Source: Camelus dromedarius (Eukaryota). Taken from it: a stretch of 64,000 nt of DNA. The position numbers were made by a program, and so were the translations under genes. Below are positions 1-13,010 of the stretch, one piece after another; the first letter of the stretch is position 1; each line of letters starts with the position of its first letter. The stretch is taken from contig NC_087437.1 in NCBI RefSeq assembly GCF_036321535.1, positions 18,044,001 to 18,108,000 of the forward strand, in the 5' to 3' direction. Under the pieces are notes generated by a model that ran no database searches, was not told the DNA's origin, and worked only from the letters and a program-made list of their open reading frames with translations.

Positions 1-78
1 TGCATGAGGTCCTGGGTTCAATTCTCAGTACCTGCATTAAAAAAATAAGTACCTCCCCCACAAGAAAAAAAAAAAAAG
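1..78 (+). mobile_element. 3' part of Vic-1-like tRNA-derived SINE (cut by window edge)
   Basis: B-box GGGTTCAATTC, then agtacct...acctccccc and an A-tail; same layout as the copy at 3106. Confidence 0.8.
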
Positions 79-99
79 ATGAGAGGCAGCCTGAGGGAA

Positions 100-2070
100 G
101 ATATTGACAAGATATATAACAGTCAAGATTAGTATTGAGAATATATTTTAGAAACTACAAATCAATACACCAAGACAGACAACTCAGTAAATATTGGGCA
201 AAGATTATAGAACAAGAAGTTCACAGAAGAGAAACTTGCAACCGCACCCCAGAATAAACAAACGAATGAAAACATGTTCAACCTCACAGGGAAATAACAA
301 CAAAAATAAGACACTTGGCCAAAATTAAGTAATATTTCATTATTAAGTATGAGTGAGAATATGACCCAATGGAAACTACTGGTATTTATGTAAATTTGTC
401 CGGCTAGTATGGAACTCGCTTTGGTAATATCAGGTTAAAATAGACGATGTGCACAACCACTCAGAAACCCACTTGCAGACAATATCCTGGAGCACCTTTC
501 AGGCAAATGCAGGACCAGCTCTGTGGGCACGTGTAATCTCACAGTGCTCTGTCCTCAGGAGGGCCCAGTGCTTGATTTAATGTTCTGCTCTCACCATCTT
601 GAAATTGCTCATTAGTTTTGAACCTGTGGTTTTAAGTGAAGTTCGATGGGACAGTGAAGCATGTCCGGAGCAGAGGAGTCGGGCATAATATGCGCGCCTC
701 CCCATTCCTTGTGCCCCATTCACATCTAGGGTCCAGGATGCCCCCTGAGCCCAGCATTCTGGTGGACCCATGATGGGGAGGTCAGCGGGGCTGAGCGGGA
801 ACAAGGTAAGCACATGACTTCTACAACTGAGTGATCGAGTAATTAAATAAGTGGGGTGCTGTGAGCCCCAAGATGTCACACTTCCCATCTTAACCAGGAC
901 TTAATTCGAATGCAGAAAGGAGGTGTGGGCAACCGAAGATCTCTGTCTTATCCTTTTTTATTCACATTATTTCCCTGCATTAACCAACCACTTCTGCTGA
1001 AAATGATGACGACACAAGAGGAAAGGGAAGGACAGAGCACCTCAGATCTGTCGCCCCTCGGTTCTTCCTTACTTACCAGTAAGTTGAAGGCGGAGCGTGG
1101 GTAGGAGGTGCCTGAGTCAAGAAGTGAAATAAAAAGAGTTCAATTACTTTTGTGCAGTGTTTCCACTGTCTCTGGTAAGAATGAAATGCATCTGCATGTA
1201 AGAGCTACAAGATGAAAGCAATATGATTTCAGTGATTCCCTATTAAATACACTTATATTTGCATTTAAAACTGGCATACTGGCATTGCATAGTAAACCAT
1301 ATACCGGTAAAAGGTAAAATTCCTGATAATAATTTACATTTCTCATTATTCTTAGAACACTACGAGGATGGCAAATAAAAAACACTGTGACGAGTTGAGA
1401 GAAGCCATGGAAGAAAAGAAAAAGCTTTATAGTTTAGTTCCTTAACAGCACTTTTCCCCCTGTGTTTTGAATAGGGGGCAGGAGCCAGCCCCACACCTTC
1501 ATTTTGCACTAGGCCAGCACATTATGTGGCCAGTCCTGTGTAGTTGCTCATGGAAACATAAGTAAGAATATCCATTTAAACAGAGTTGTAAAGGCGAAAA
1601 AAAAATGGAAATAATTCAGTGTGCAGGAATAAGTAATGGGATAGATTATGGCAAAATCCATGGAGTGAAATAAATGCACTGACCAAGGCCACAAGTACAT
1701 GGTGGAGGTCAAAAACAAGGCTGAGAAAAAATTAAAACTGGAGGGCATTACACAAGCCATGAGAGCACACGCAATCTATATAACTTTATAAAGCATTCAC
1801 AACATTCACTATTTATGGGTACACTGCTGTGTATGCTAAAGTATAGAAACGTGGTTTAGGCACACACCAAGTTCACGACAGTGACTTTATTCAGAGGGGG
1901 GAGAGAGAGAAGAGGGCCAGGAAGAGGAAACTGGAGGACTGTATTTTAAATCCTTTCTTCCCTAAAAATAATAACAAGATGTTGTTTATTAAACTGAATG
2001 CTAAATACATGGATTTGATATGTTGTTCTCAGTGATCTCCAGATTTGTTTAATTTTTTAAAAATCTTCCT
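100..2070 (+). mobile_element. Old L1 (L1ME-like) 3' region, interrupted by MER45-type element
   Basis: A-rich degenerate L1 3' motifs (ctacaaatcaata..agacagacaactcagtaaatattgggcaaag) on both sides of 510-1538; boundaries approximate. Confidence 0.6.
510..1538 (+). mobile_element. MER45B-like hAT-Tip100 non-autonomous DNA transposon (~1.03 kb)
   Basis: Termini caggaccagct... and ...ggccagtcctg form an imperfect TIR; MER45 motifs tttaatgttctgctctcaccatcttgaaatt and ttcattttgcactaggcc. Confidence 0.75.
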
Positions 2071-3105
2071 AATTCAAATAAGATAGACTGACCTCTTCTC
2101 CCACTGTCCCTCCATTCCAAAAGCAATTTCCAAAGAAGAAAAAAGAAAATGTGGTGCGAATGCAGAGTTGAGCCCTCCATGTGTAGGTTTCTTTGAACAA
2201 GATGCTAGAAGGTGATTCAGTCTATCTGCCAACATGGGAGACGTGGCAGCAAGGTGTGGAGTCAATCTCTTCAGTGTTTGTGAGCAGGGGTTATGCACAG
2301 ACCATTAGCTCATCACCTGGCTGGCACGGTAAGACACATTATGCACCTAATTTCCAGAGTGATGCTGGTGTTTTTTTTTTTTTTTTTTTTTTGACTCTTG
2401 AGTCAACTTTTTTTCTTTATAATGTACATGACTTTTATATCCTGAATTTGCTAGTAAGAAGTCAGAACCCCTGGAATCTTCCATTGCCTTCTGGAGGACG
2501 GTCACATTCTTGGCCTTGGACTAGAATACAGTAGTGATTAAATGGTGCACACAGCCCCTCAGTCCTTGCTCCCACACAGAGCTGGAATAGCTCTTTAAAC
2601 TCTGAAGGCTTGAGTTCGAATTCATTCACCATGAGCATAATGTAAAATGGAAATTATTTTGGCTGCAAAGGCACAAAGTAGCCCATTTGTGCATTAAACC
2701 ACTGCAATAAAAGGGAAAGAAAGCTAATCTAGGAAAGTGGTGCCAGGTTTTGTTTTTCTTTTAAATTTCCTTCCTTTCTAGACACTGGTTTCATCACTGG
2801 GGGCTCAGCTGCCATTTGAGGCCTGGATCTCTGAGAACATGGTACTGATGACGGTCCCAAGGAGGTGACCCTCTCAAGCTCAGCTCGACATCCTTCCATC
2901 TTTGGCCCCATCCCTCACCCCCATCCCACCCCATAATCCATTCGTCCATGAGCAAGCTGTGCACAGGTAAGTAGCAGGGGCCTCCATTCAACTTGCAATT
3001 GAAATAGCACTAAATTAGCAGCTTGTACCTCTATTACTTTTCCACTTACACCTCAAAACTTGACAGAGATGAAACATGACCAGCATCTAAAGGACAACTC
3101 AAGGT

Positions 3106-3231
3106 GGGGAGGGTATAGCTCAGTGGCAGAGCGCATACTTGGCATGTACAAGGTCCTGGGTTCAATCCCCAGTACCTCTATTAAGAAATAAATAGATAAA
3201 CCTAATTACCTCCCTCCCCAATTTTTTTTTA
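3106..3231 (+). mobile_element. Vic-1-like camelid tRNA-derived SINE
   Basis: ggggagggtatagctcagtggcagagc (A-box), gggttcaatccc (B-box), aaacctaattacctccc tail; aaaggacaa repeated at 3089-3097 and 3232-3240. Confidence 0.85.
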
Positions 3232-6200
3232 AAAGGACAATTAGAAATACATTTGTTACATTGAAAATAAGAAAAAAAAATAAGAGCCTCCTCTACCTGA
3301 AAGTTAGGTGGCATTTACAATTATTTTAATAACTCACCAGTAAGCCCCTTTTCATCCAAACTGATTACAAAGATGGAATTAACCTTTTCCAGATAATGTG
3401 TCATATTTATCCTAACTTACGCTGGAAGTAATTCCCAAAACGATGAAGTCTTCTATCCCTGACATCTGTCGACAGCCACAATTGACGTGAATTCCTTCAT
3501 ACAGCCTGTTCACCTGATGGAGAGGGCGTGGCAACAGCGGGATCATCAGGAGATAAAGTCGGAGGAGCCGTTTTGAGTCTCAAGGTGAAAACCTGATATT
3601 GAAAGCAACTCGCTGAGTCAGAGGAACCTCTCCCGGTTCTCCGGCTTTGACGCTGGTGGCCGTGTGTTTAGGATCCTGGAACTCTATCAGTATATCTTAT
3701 ACTGTATCTGCAGAAAAATCAATATGCAATTAACTATCAATTATTTGAATTCCTGAAAAGAACTGACAACAAAAACAAATCTCTCCCAGATAACTTACAA
3801 CCCTATTGATAAATGACTAATATTTATTTTTGGAAAACACAATGTGATTTATACTTTGAGCAGTTTGCCTCCTTAATTGTGTCTGATTTAGACTCATAGG
3901 AAAATTTGTTTCCATCTGTGTAGATGATGAGGGGAGGAAGGGGAGCAGAGCGTAAGATAGTGGGAGGAGGGCGGCCAGTCACGGTGAAGTCAAATTCTCA
4001 CCCGATGTAATCCCCAAGATTGATAATCTGCAAAGTGGATGCTGCTTTGTCATAAGGGAAGACTGGACGTTCCTTTGCTTACTTGTAGCATCTCTTGTTC
4101 TGTTAACTCAGATCTGTGTCCAGTACAGGTGGAAGATGGAGCAGTGTGGGGCGGTGGGGAACAGCTGTAATTTCTTTGTTTCCATTTTGCAGCGTGCAGT
4201 TGGCAATACAGGAGAATTCTTCAAGTCCATGAGGCCAGTCCCTTGGAAGCCGAGTCCACTGTCATGGACATCCTAAAATCAAGGTCATTTCTGCAGCAAA
4301 GCAGAAGTCTACTGACTGAGCACACAGCTGCTAATTACAGGACTCACTCTAGAGATACAGACATACACTAAATCTGTTTGCTGCCCCCCAAACATACTGG
4401 GTACTGGTAATATTTGGAGAGAAGCCCCGCTGCTCCAGCTGGAATAGCCCTGACCTCTAAGGACAGCCACCTGTGCTTCCTGTCTCATTGCAGAGCATAG
4501 CTTTTCCCAGTAGCCTGAAATCAACACTTTTAAAGGTTACTAAATAGTGTTTTTATTTATTTTTAATACTGCTTAAAACTTCATTCAGTAGCTAGGTGTA
4601 CCTTAATCTATCAAATCACTAATCTTAAATAATGTTTGACATTTAACTTTTTCAATTTTTCAGAATTATAGATTGCACTGCAAAGAACATTTTGCTTATT
4701 GCTTATTTTTGTCTGTTGAATGGTTTTTTTAAGAATAATTTTCATATGTGTCCTTACCAGGTTAAAGTCTAGAAACATTTCAAGGTCCTTTTGCATTTTG
4801 TTTTTTGCACTGCCAGTAATGAGTTATGGTTGTTTTAGGTTTTATTTAGTCTAATTGTATATAATACATTTATTAAAAAGTGCCTTCTTTATTTTCAGTT
4901 TTGATCTTCTCAAAGTTCCTGCCCTAGACTTCTGGGCTGCACTGTACCCTGACTTGAAGTAACCCTCCTTGGCTCCTGTGTGGATTAGGGCCTTTATCAA
5001 AGGAAGATAGTGCTGGTTTTCCCCAGTAAGCCATCCCACTTCAGCCAATGAGCCTAGAACACTCCCTTCCCAAGATAAAAGTAGGCTCTTCCTTTGGAAA
5101 ACAGGATCAGTATGGTCTGATTTAGGGTTGCTGATTTAGGGTTGCTGAAAACAGTCTTGCTATGGACAAATCCTTATGCTCTGGAGATACCTAGGAGTAG
5201 GAAATCTGGAGGAGAGGGGAAGGGGGATCTGGAAGTACCAAGGACAATTTTGACCTTTTAAAAATAAATCCCCCAGGATAAGACAGAAGCACGTGCACAT
5301 ACACACCCCTGAGCCTCCCAGGTGTTGAAGCATTGTGTCCAAGTCCCTGAAACCAGCTAGGGATCTATTTAAGCTAAACAATGGAAAAGAAGCTATGTTT
5401 CTTTCCCATGTCCAGGAATACTGTAATCATCCAAAGTAATAATAGTATAGATAACTGATGTTTAAAAATTGTCTTCCAATGATTAAGTCTTTGGGGTTAG
5501 AGAAGATACACTGGGCCATATATGGCTCTGCCCTGAAATTTTCTTCCTAAAAGAAATCCCTGAGTCCATTTTGCTTTCTTGGCAGATGAAAAAGGATAAG
5601 CCGCAAGATACCGTAATTCAAAAATCACAGGGGCCTGTAAAGTTTCACTTACCTCTTTCTGAAAATAACCAGCACCGATATGTATAAAATTATAGTAAAG
5701 CTAAAAACACAATTCTTGAATTGGAAGCTGACTCAGATTTCTACTCCCTAAACTTCTACATTCCCTGTGTAACCTTCTCTCCTGTGCTCGGTGTCCCTTG
5801 GCTTTTCATCAGTATCCAAAATTGTCCCTTTGGGGTCTGCAGCAGTGGCCCCATATGTGCCAACATGGTTGCATTAACATCCTAGGGCAATCGTGCCATC
5901 TTGTGGACACTTTGAATGCTGCCACTTTATCCCAAAGTCAAGTTGCATTTTCCCAACTACAGGCACAAATGAGACTTTGTCTTTTTACTGATCTTTCCCT
6001 TCTAGGCTGAGAGGGTTCCCACATGTCTAAAGATGTCAAGAGGGTATGGGGCAGAGAATTTGTAGTGCCTTTTGGTCATGGCTCTTGAGATCTTGAATAA
6101 ACCTTGGGAACTTGTGTGAGAGCGACTGGAAAACTATGTTTATAAGATGCATTATAAACATACTGGACCTAATAAGACCGTTTTTCCCAGTAAAACAATA

Positions 6201-7287
6201 ATGTGGCAACATTGAACTTTAGGTGAGTTGCCGTGCTGTGGGACTTAATTTACCCTTGTAAAAAATTATTTTACTGACATGTCGTCTCCAGACAGAATAG
6301 GCTCTGTGATTTAATTTTTTTAATATGAGAAATATTTTCACTACAGAAACTCACCAACTTTGTCAACCTTGTTGAAATTAGATGTTCCTGTCAAAATATA
6401 TATTAGAGCTTGGGATAGAAGGCACAGGATTTTAATAATAATTCTTTAAAAAACCCAAAAGTACTTGAGGAAATGTTTGAATCAGCACAAAAATATAGTT
6501 TGGCAAATATGTCAATAACAAATTTTTTTCTTGTGATAAAATTATTTTCTTGAATAAAAGCTTATAAACTTTCTCTTTGATGAACCTCTGTCTTGTATGG
6601 TTTTAGTTCAAGACTAGAATGCCTGTTAGCTTCCCTTGGGAAGAAGAAACTGGTATGCCTCTAAGTTAATCCTTAAAAAGCTGTTTATTCAACTAAGATG
6701 TGCTGTCCTCACAGTGCTGTCACTATCAGAAAATAATCTCTGATTCTGTCTCCTTGCTGTGGAGTCTCCCTTCATAAAATTCTATTTTGAAATGCAAATA
6801 AACTCTTCTTCCTACAAGCTTGTAAAAATGGCAAAACATCTCTTGAGAAAAAAATATAATTGTCAGGTAATTAAGTATTGAAACAGGAACACTATGCTGA
6901 TATTTTAATTTTGCTTCATTACAATGATGTATATTTAGTAACAAGACAGGATAGGACAAGGTGATAAATTAGGGAAGAAAATAGCTAACAGCACCAAATG
7001 GGGCTGCCCCTCAACCCAGAGCAGGGGCAGAAAGCAGGATGGACTTCCAGGGAATGACCATGGGGCATAAGAGAAAGAAACACTACTGGACTTAGGGAGC
7101 CCTCTTTATTTGCTGATTCAATTAAATTAACCAGAACCCAACAAAGTGCAGTTGCAAGCCAGAATTGCTTTTGGAAGAAAAATGTAAAAGTAAGAATTTA
7201 TGAAGAGGTTATATCCTGGGGTCAATACGAATCCAGTCCAATTCTTTCAGCCTTCTTCATTTGCCCTACAGAACCATACTTCTTGGG

Positions 7288-7495
7288 TTTTTTTTTTAAT
7301 TGAAGTATAGTCAATTTACAATGTGTTAATTTCTGGGGTACAGCACAGTGATTCATTTATACACCTATCCATATATTCCTATTCATATTCTTTTTCATTA
7401 TAGGTTATTATAATGTATTGAATATAGTTCTCTGTGCTATAGAGTAGGACCTTGTTGTTTGTCTATGTTATATATAGTAGTCAGCATCTACAAAT
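7288..7495 (-). mobile_element. 5'-truncated L1 3' end (camelid/artiodactyl type)
   Basis: poly-T then aattgaagtatagtc...gttctctgtgctata, matching other L1 3' UTR copies in the window. Confidence 0.85.
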
Positions 7496-7566
7496 TCTTG
7501 TTAATGTTTGTAATAACCACCTTGTGGCACTGTAGGATCCTGAGTCATCAAGGGAAGATCAAATTA

Positions 7567-8052
7567 CAGATCTTCTTTGACTTACAATGAGGTTATGTCC
7601 TGATAAACCCATTAAAAGTCAAAAATACTGTAAGTGGAAAATGCATTGACTGCACCTAACCTACCAAACATCGTAGCTTAGCCTACCTTCAAGTGCCCAG
7701 AGCACTCACATTAGCCTACAGTTGGGCAAAAGCCTCTAACGCAAAGCTGACTTGATAAAATATTGACTATCGCATGTGATTTCTTGAATACTCTACTGAA
7801 AGTGAAAACCAGAATGGTTGTAAGGGCACAGAATGGTTGTATCAGTCGCTGACCCTCAGGACTGCGTGGTTGACCGGGAGCCGCAGCTGCCGCTGCCCAG
7901 CACAGCCAGAGAGTATCATATGTGTATCACTAGCCCGGGAAAAGAGTAAAATCAAAATTCAAAGTACGATTTCTATTGAATGCGTATTTCTTTCACATCA
8001 TCCTAAAGTTCCTAGATGGCAGGTTGAGCCATTGTAAGTCAGGGGCCCTCTG
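7567..8052 (+). mobile_element. Tigger5/MER47-family (Tigger5b-like) TcMar DNA transposon fossil
   Basis: TA|cagatc...gacttacaatg and cattgtaagtc...ctg|TA termini with TA TSDs; internal cctaacctaccaaacatcgtagcttagcc motif. Confidence 0.8.
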
Positions 8053-8192
8053 TATGTTTCACGGGGACGCTTAACAGACAACATGGTGGATTCACTTGTT
8101 ACAGAACAAAGTCTGACAAATGTGGAAATGACAAGGGCTATCCTATCCACCTCAAGTAATCAGAAACTTCAATTAAATAGAACCCCAGTTCT

Positions 8193-8606
8193 TTTTTATC
8201 CTTGAAAAAACTTTAATAACTGTAATTTGCTTACATTTTTTAAATTGAAGTATGGTCAGTTACAATGTATCAATTTCTGGTGTACAGCACAGTGTTTCAG
8301 TCATGCATATACATACATATATTCCTTTTCATGTTCTTTTTCATTATAGGTTACTACCAGATATTGAATATAGTTCCCTGTGCTATACAGTAGAAACTTG
8401 TTCTTTATCTATTTTATATTAGTAGTTAGTATCTGCAAATCTCAAACTCCCAATTTATCCCTTCCCACCTCTTTTCCCCTTTGGTAACCATAAGTTTGTT
8501 TTCTGTGTCTGTGAGTCTCTTTCTGTTTTATAGATAAGTTCATTAGTGTCTTCTTTTTTCTTTTTTCTTTTTTTTTTTTTTAGATTCCACATATGAGTGA
8601 TATATG
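8193..8606 (-). mobile_element. 5'-truncated L1 with short 3' transduction
   Basis: L1 3' UTR at 8236-8606; perfect 14-bp TSD agaaccccagttct at 8179-8192 and 8607-8620. Confidence 0.85.
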
Positions 8607-9689
8607 AGAACCCCAGTTCTGATGCTATTCCATTATGATGATGGTGAAGAGGAAGAAGAGGGAAGGGGAGATGAAGAAGAATTCTGGTCCCCTCCCACCT
8701 GTCCCCACTTTATATTAAGGAATCCCCCTGTGTTCAAAGTGCCTGTTTTTTGACAGCACAACTGAGCACCCAGGTTACTTGGCGATGCTGCTTAGCCTGG
8801 ACTTAGGATTGCCTTCTTCCAGCTTCCAGTACAGAATATATTGTGTTTACATAAAACTTGTCCCTTCCAGGACCCCTTTAAATAAATTCTCAAATATGTG
8901 TGTGAAAACAAGTATATTATTTTCAAGAAAATGCCTTATAAAATAAGGGGCTGGAGTGAACATATGATTTACTAATAACGCAGTGACTACCGTTCACTGA
9001 TCATGTACTAAGTTGCAGCTGTTTTATACACATGGCCTCTAATATTTGAGGCACCTTTGCCAGGTTGGCAGTATTATCTCCCCTGTCCAGGAGAAGAAGC
9101 ATTTCAGGGAGGCTCCCCAGGATAAGGTCATGGCCAAAGACACAGGCGAGACTCAAGTGTCAGTGGATTGCCTTGCTGGGTTTTGATAGACGCACTATGA
9201 AGGTGTTTGGGTAGCAAAGTCTATTCTCTCCCTTTTTAGCTCAGTGAGAAACAGTAGGGAGTGTCGATGGGTCTGTGTCGAACACTAACTGAGCCCACAA
9301 TTGTGTCCCCTCTTTCCAACATTTTTATTTTTTCCTTCTGTTCTTGATTCTTCTTTTCTTCCTTTGAACAGACAGAGCTCAGCTCTCTATTTAAAACCAC
9401 ACACTGCACTCTTATTTTTGCTGTACCTTGTCTCTACTGGTCTAACTCTTTCTTCTTTCCAGTTAAACTTATCAGATGAGCGTCCCGATTGCCCCATTTC
9501 CATTCTTTGACTCATAACCACAGGTATCTCTTTATTTCCCACCACTGAAATTCAGCTGCTCACCTCAGACATCCCCAAGACGTCTACTCCAACTCCACAG
9601 GTTCTTTCCTGTTCCTCACTTTCTGAAATTCTCTAGAGTCTGACACAGGTGACCACGTGCAACATTGCCTCTTGCCGGTAATAATATTG

Positions 9690-9945
9690 GCAGCTGACAC
9701 CTGGGGAATGGCGACTTTGTACCAGGCTCTGGATTAAGCACTTTACCTACATGATCTCATTTAACTCTCATCCAACTTTATGAAGATGATACTGTTACGA
9801 GTCCCCATTTTACAGAAGAAGAGACTGAGTCTCAGGGAGTTGAAATAACTTGTCCGCTATTATACAAGCAAGTACATGCAAAGACAGATGCTATGCTATC
9901 TTTAAGTTACTACCAGTCTTACTATTTGCTGGGTCCAAAGCTAAA
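9690..9945 (-). mobile_element. MIR SINE
   Basis: Core motif cccattttacagaagaagagactgagtctcag...aataacttg; boundaries approximate. Confidence 0.7.
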
Positions 9946-10705
9946 TCTCATAGGTATTACCTAGTTGTTTGGGGTTGTGTCTTCTCCCATCACATTTAAT
10001 CCTAAACCTACTGCAATGTCAAGTTTGTAGACCTCTTCTTCTGCCTAAAATCAGCTCTGTCTGAAATCTGTCTCTCTTCTTGACTCCTTCAAATTCTAAA
10101 CTCGATGGGTTTTAGTTTTTACTTGCATCCAATAGTTATTGATGTACAGGGCATGATGCCAGTCTCCGAGCACGGGAAGGTGAGAAAGACAGGCTGCTGC
10201 CCACTCAAGCCGGCCGGGGAGAGAGGCAGATCTGGCACCAATCTGCAGCCACTGAGCACATGCCCTCTGTCATTCAGGGAGATTTCAGGTAAAGCGACAC
10301 TCCAACTCACCCCAACCCCTCCAACCCTAGATACCCCTTCCTGGAAACCGTCTGCTGCCCTCCAAAGCCAAGATCTGAAAACACACACACACACACAGGA
10401 ACCAGGGTCACAGTTCCTCCCTCCTTCCTGTGCATGCCTGAATCCAGGTGCTTGATTGACAGTCAACCCAGAGCAACTGCTCTTCCCACCTTCCCCTACC
10501 TGTGCTGGTGCAGGTCATCTCTGCAGCGAGACTGAGCTGTCTCACCCACTCATAAGGAATGCACTTTGTTCTTGATTCTTTTACAGTACCCAGCTTTGGG
10601 CTAACTATGTAAGAGGTGTGCATCAGATACACCTGTTTGAGTACATTTCTCCTCGCAATACCTGGGGGCAAAGAATGAAATTTACTCTCTAAAAACCAAG
10701 TCTCT

Positions 10706-11033
10706 GCCATTTGTGACAACATGGATGGACCTGGAGGATATTATGCCAAGTGAAATAAGGCAGATGGAGAAAGACAGATACTGTATAATTTCACTCATAT
10801 GTGGAATATAAAAACTAATAAACAAACAAAAACAAAATGAATGAACAAACCAAACAAAAACGAACACATACATAGATACAAAGAACAGAGTAGTGGTTAC
10901 TAGAGGGGAAGGGGAAGGAGAAGGATGAAGTGGGTAAACGGGGTCAACTCTATGGTGATGGATGGAAAATAAATTTGGAGTGGTGAAAAAAAAGACAGAA
11001 ATAAATAAATACATAAATAAATAAATAAATAAT
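10706..11033 (+). mobile_element. L1 ORF2 end plus partial 3' UTR, A-rich tail
   Basis: gccatttgtgacaacatggatggacctggagg (PFVTTWMDLE); TSD aaaaaccaagtctct at 10691-10705 and 11034-11048. Confidence 0.85.
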
Positions 11034-11059
11034 AAAAACCAAGTCTCTTGAGCCAGAAA

Positions 11060-13010
11060 TCAAGCAAGCTTTCAAAGAAAAATGGAGTTATGTCAAAAGG
11101 ATACAGATATCAGCTTGAAGGGTTTCTTACTGGTCAAAGTTGGGGTAATTTAAGTATCAAATGCGTGATAACTGCAAATTGAATATATAAAAATCCATCA
11201 GTCTATAATGATACTCAAAAGAGAAAAGACAAAAAAAGTGATTTCTCATCATCAGAGAAAGCTATTACATCAATTCCTTACTTGTAAAATTTGTAATTAC
11301 TGGGAAAGAATTAGGTATTATCAGGCCTTTCAAGTGGGAGATGTATTCCAGGGTAACCACCTAGCCCCAGAAGATGAAAGAACATTCTTCTTTACAGTAA
11401 AATCTTAGCTGATAATAGATGGACTTACGGAGTTAGAAAGTCACGACTTTGCAACCCCTAATAAGAGAAGTGATTCAGTCATGGATCATTGAAGGATGCA
11501 AAAACCAAAGGGGAACAGGTGTCGGTGTTCAAATGTCACCTCCTGGATTCCAAGGGGGAAAGCATAACTTTACAAAGGAGGGGTCAGCGCTCTATCTGGG
11601 CATCAGCAGGGGGACAGCCAGACAGCTGCACCTTCTGTGATGAAGCAACATAAAGGACATCAGCTGTGACGTAGACTTGCCTGAACTACTTAGATGGAAT
11701 CTAATCAAGCCTTTAGTTCTAACTTTGCGTTTACAAGAAATACAGAGGCTAGGGGAACAGTCAAACAGTACCACAAGGGATCAAAAGTCCATAAGGTGGG
11801 ACATTCTAAAGGCCAGCTGGCCTGGTCTCCATGAATCACTGTTAAGGAAAACAAAAGGGAAGGAGGTTGCTGTACATTGAAAGAGACTTACACTGGTCAG
11901 AATGGCCATAATCAAAAAAATCCACAAACGATGAATGCTGGAGAGGGTGTGGAGAAAAAGGAACCCTCCTACACAGTTGGTGGGAATGTAAATTGGTGCA
12001 GCCACCATGGAGAACAGTATGGAGGTTCTCAAAAAGCTAAAAATACAGTTATCATATGATCCAGCAATCCTAGTCCTAAGAAAACTCTAATTTGAAAAGC
12101 TACCTGCATCCCAATGTTCATAGCAGCACTGTTTACAGTAGCCAAGACATGGAAGCAACTTAAATGTCCATACACAAATGACTGGATAAAGAAGATGTGG
12201 TGTGTGTGTGCGTGTATATATATATATATATATATAAAACATTTCTATATAAATATATTTTTAAAATGTATAAATATATAATATATCTATATAAATATAT
12301 AAACATAATATTTATTTATATATATACAATGGAATACTGCTCAGCCATAAAAAAGAATAAAATATTGCCATCTGCAGCAACATGGATGGACCTAGAGATT
12401 ATCATACTAAGTGAAGTAAGTCAGAGAAAACAAATATCACATGATATCACTTATATGTGAACTCTTTAAAAAATGACAAAAATGAACTTATTTATAAAAC
12501 AGAAACAGCCTCACAGACATAGAAAATACACTTATGGTTACCAGGAGGGAAAAAGAAGGAGGGATAAATTAGGAATTTGGGATTAGCAGATACAAACTAC
12601 TATATATAAAACAGATAAACAACAAAGTCCTACTGTAGCATACAAGAAACTATATTATAATACCCTATAATGGAAAAGAATCTCAAAAAGAATATATATA
12701 ATATATGTATGTATAACTAAATCACTATGTTGTCCACCAGAAATTAACACAGCATTGTAAATCAGCTACACTTCAATTAAAAAATTTTTAATTAAAAAAA
12801 AAGAAATACCCCAAAAATAAAAAATAATTTAAAAAAGATTTAATAGGCATAACAATGAAATGCAGTGTGTAGTCCTTGACAGGTATCTGATTTAAAGAAA
12901 TCATTTTGGGGACAGTTGGGGAATATTTCCCATGGACTAGGTATTACATGAGGTCAAGCTATTACTGTCAGTTCTGTTAGCTGTGACGACGGAATTGTGG
13001 TGACGTAAGA
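11060..13010 (+). mobile_element. Old L1MC-like 3' region interrupted by a younger L1
   Basis: Motifs gaatctaatcaagcctttagttctaact, gggacattcta, atgaaatgcagtgtg...attttggggacagttgggg flank the inner L1; approximate. Confidence 0.6.
11891..12830 (+). mobile_element. L1 ORF2 C-terminus plus 3' UTR with internal (TA)n expansion
   Basis: ORF track 12197-12460 contains MEYCSAIKKNKILPSAATWMDLEIIILSEVSQ (L1 ORF2 C-terminus); A-tail; TA-rich tract ~12215-12325. Confidence 0.9.

Noticed and set aside
4192..4283. Plus-strand exon after tttccattttgcag
   Set aside because: Good acceptor, but a weak donor (AAG|gtcatt) and no recognisable peptide.
5117..5148. Telomere-like TTAGGG in a 14-bp tandem duplication
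   Set aside because: Simple slippage duplication (ctgatttagggttg x2), not a (TTAGGG)n array.
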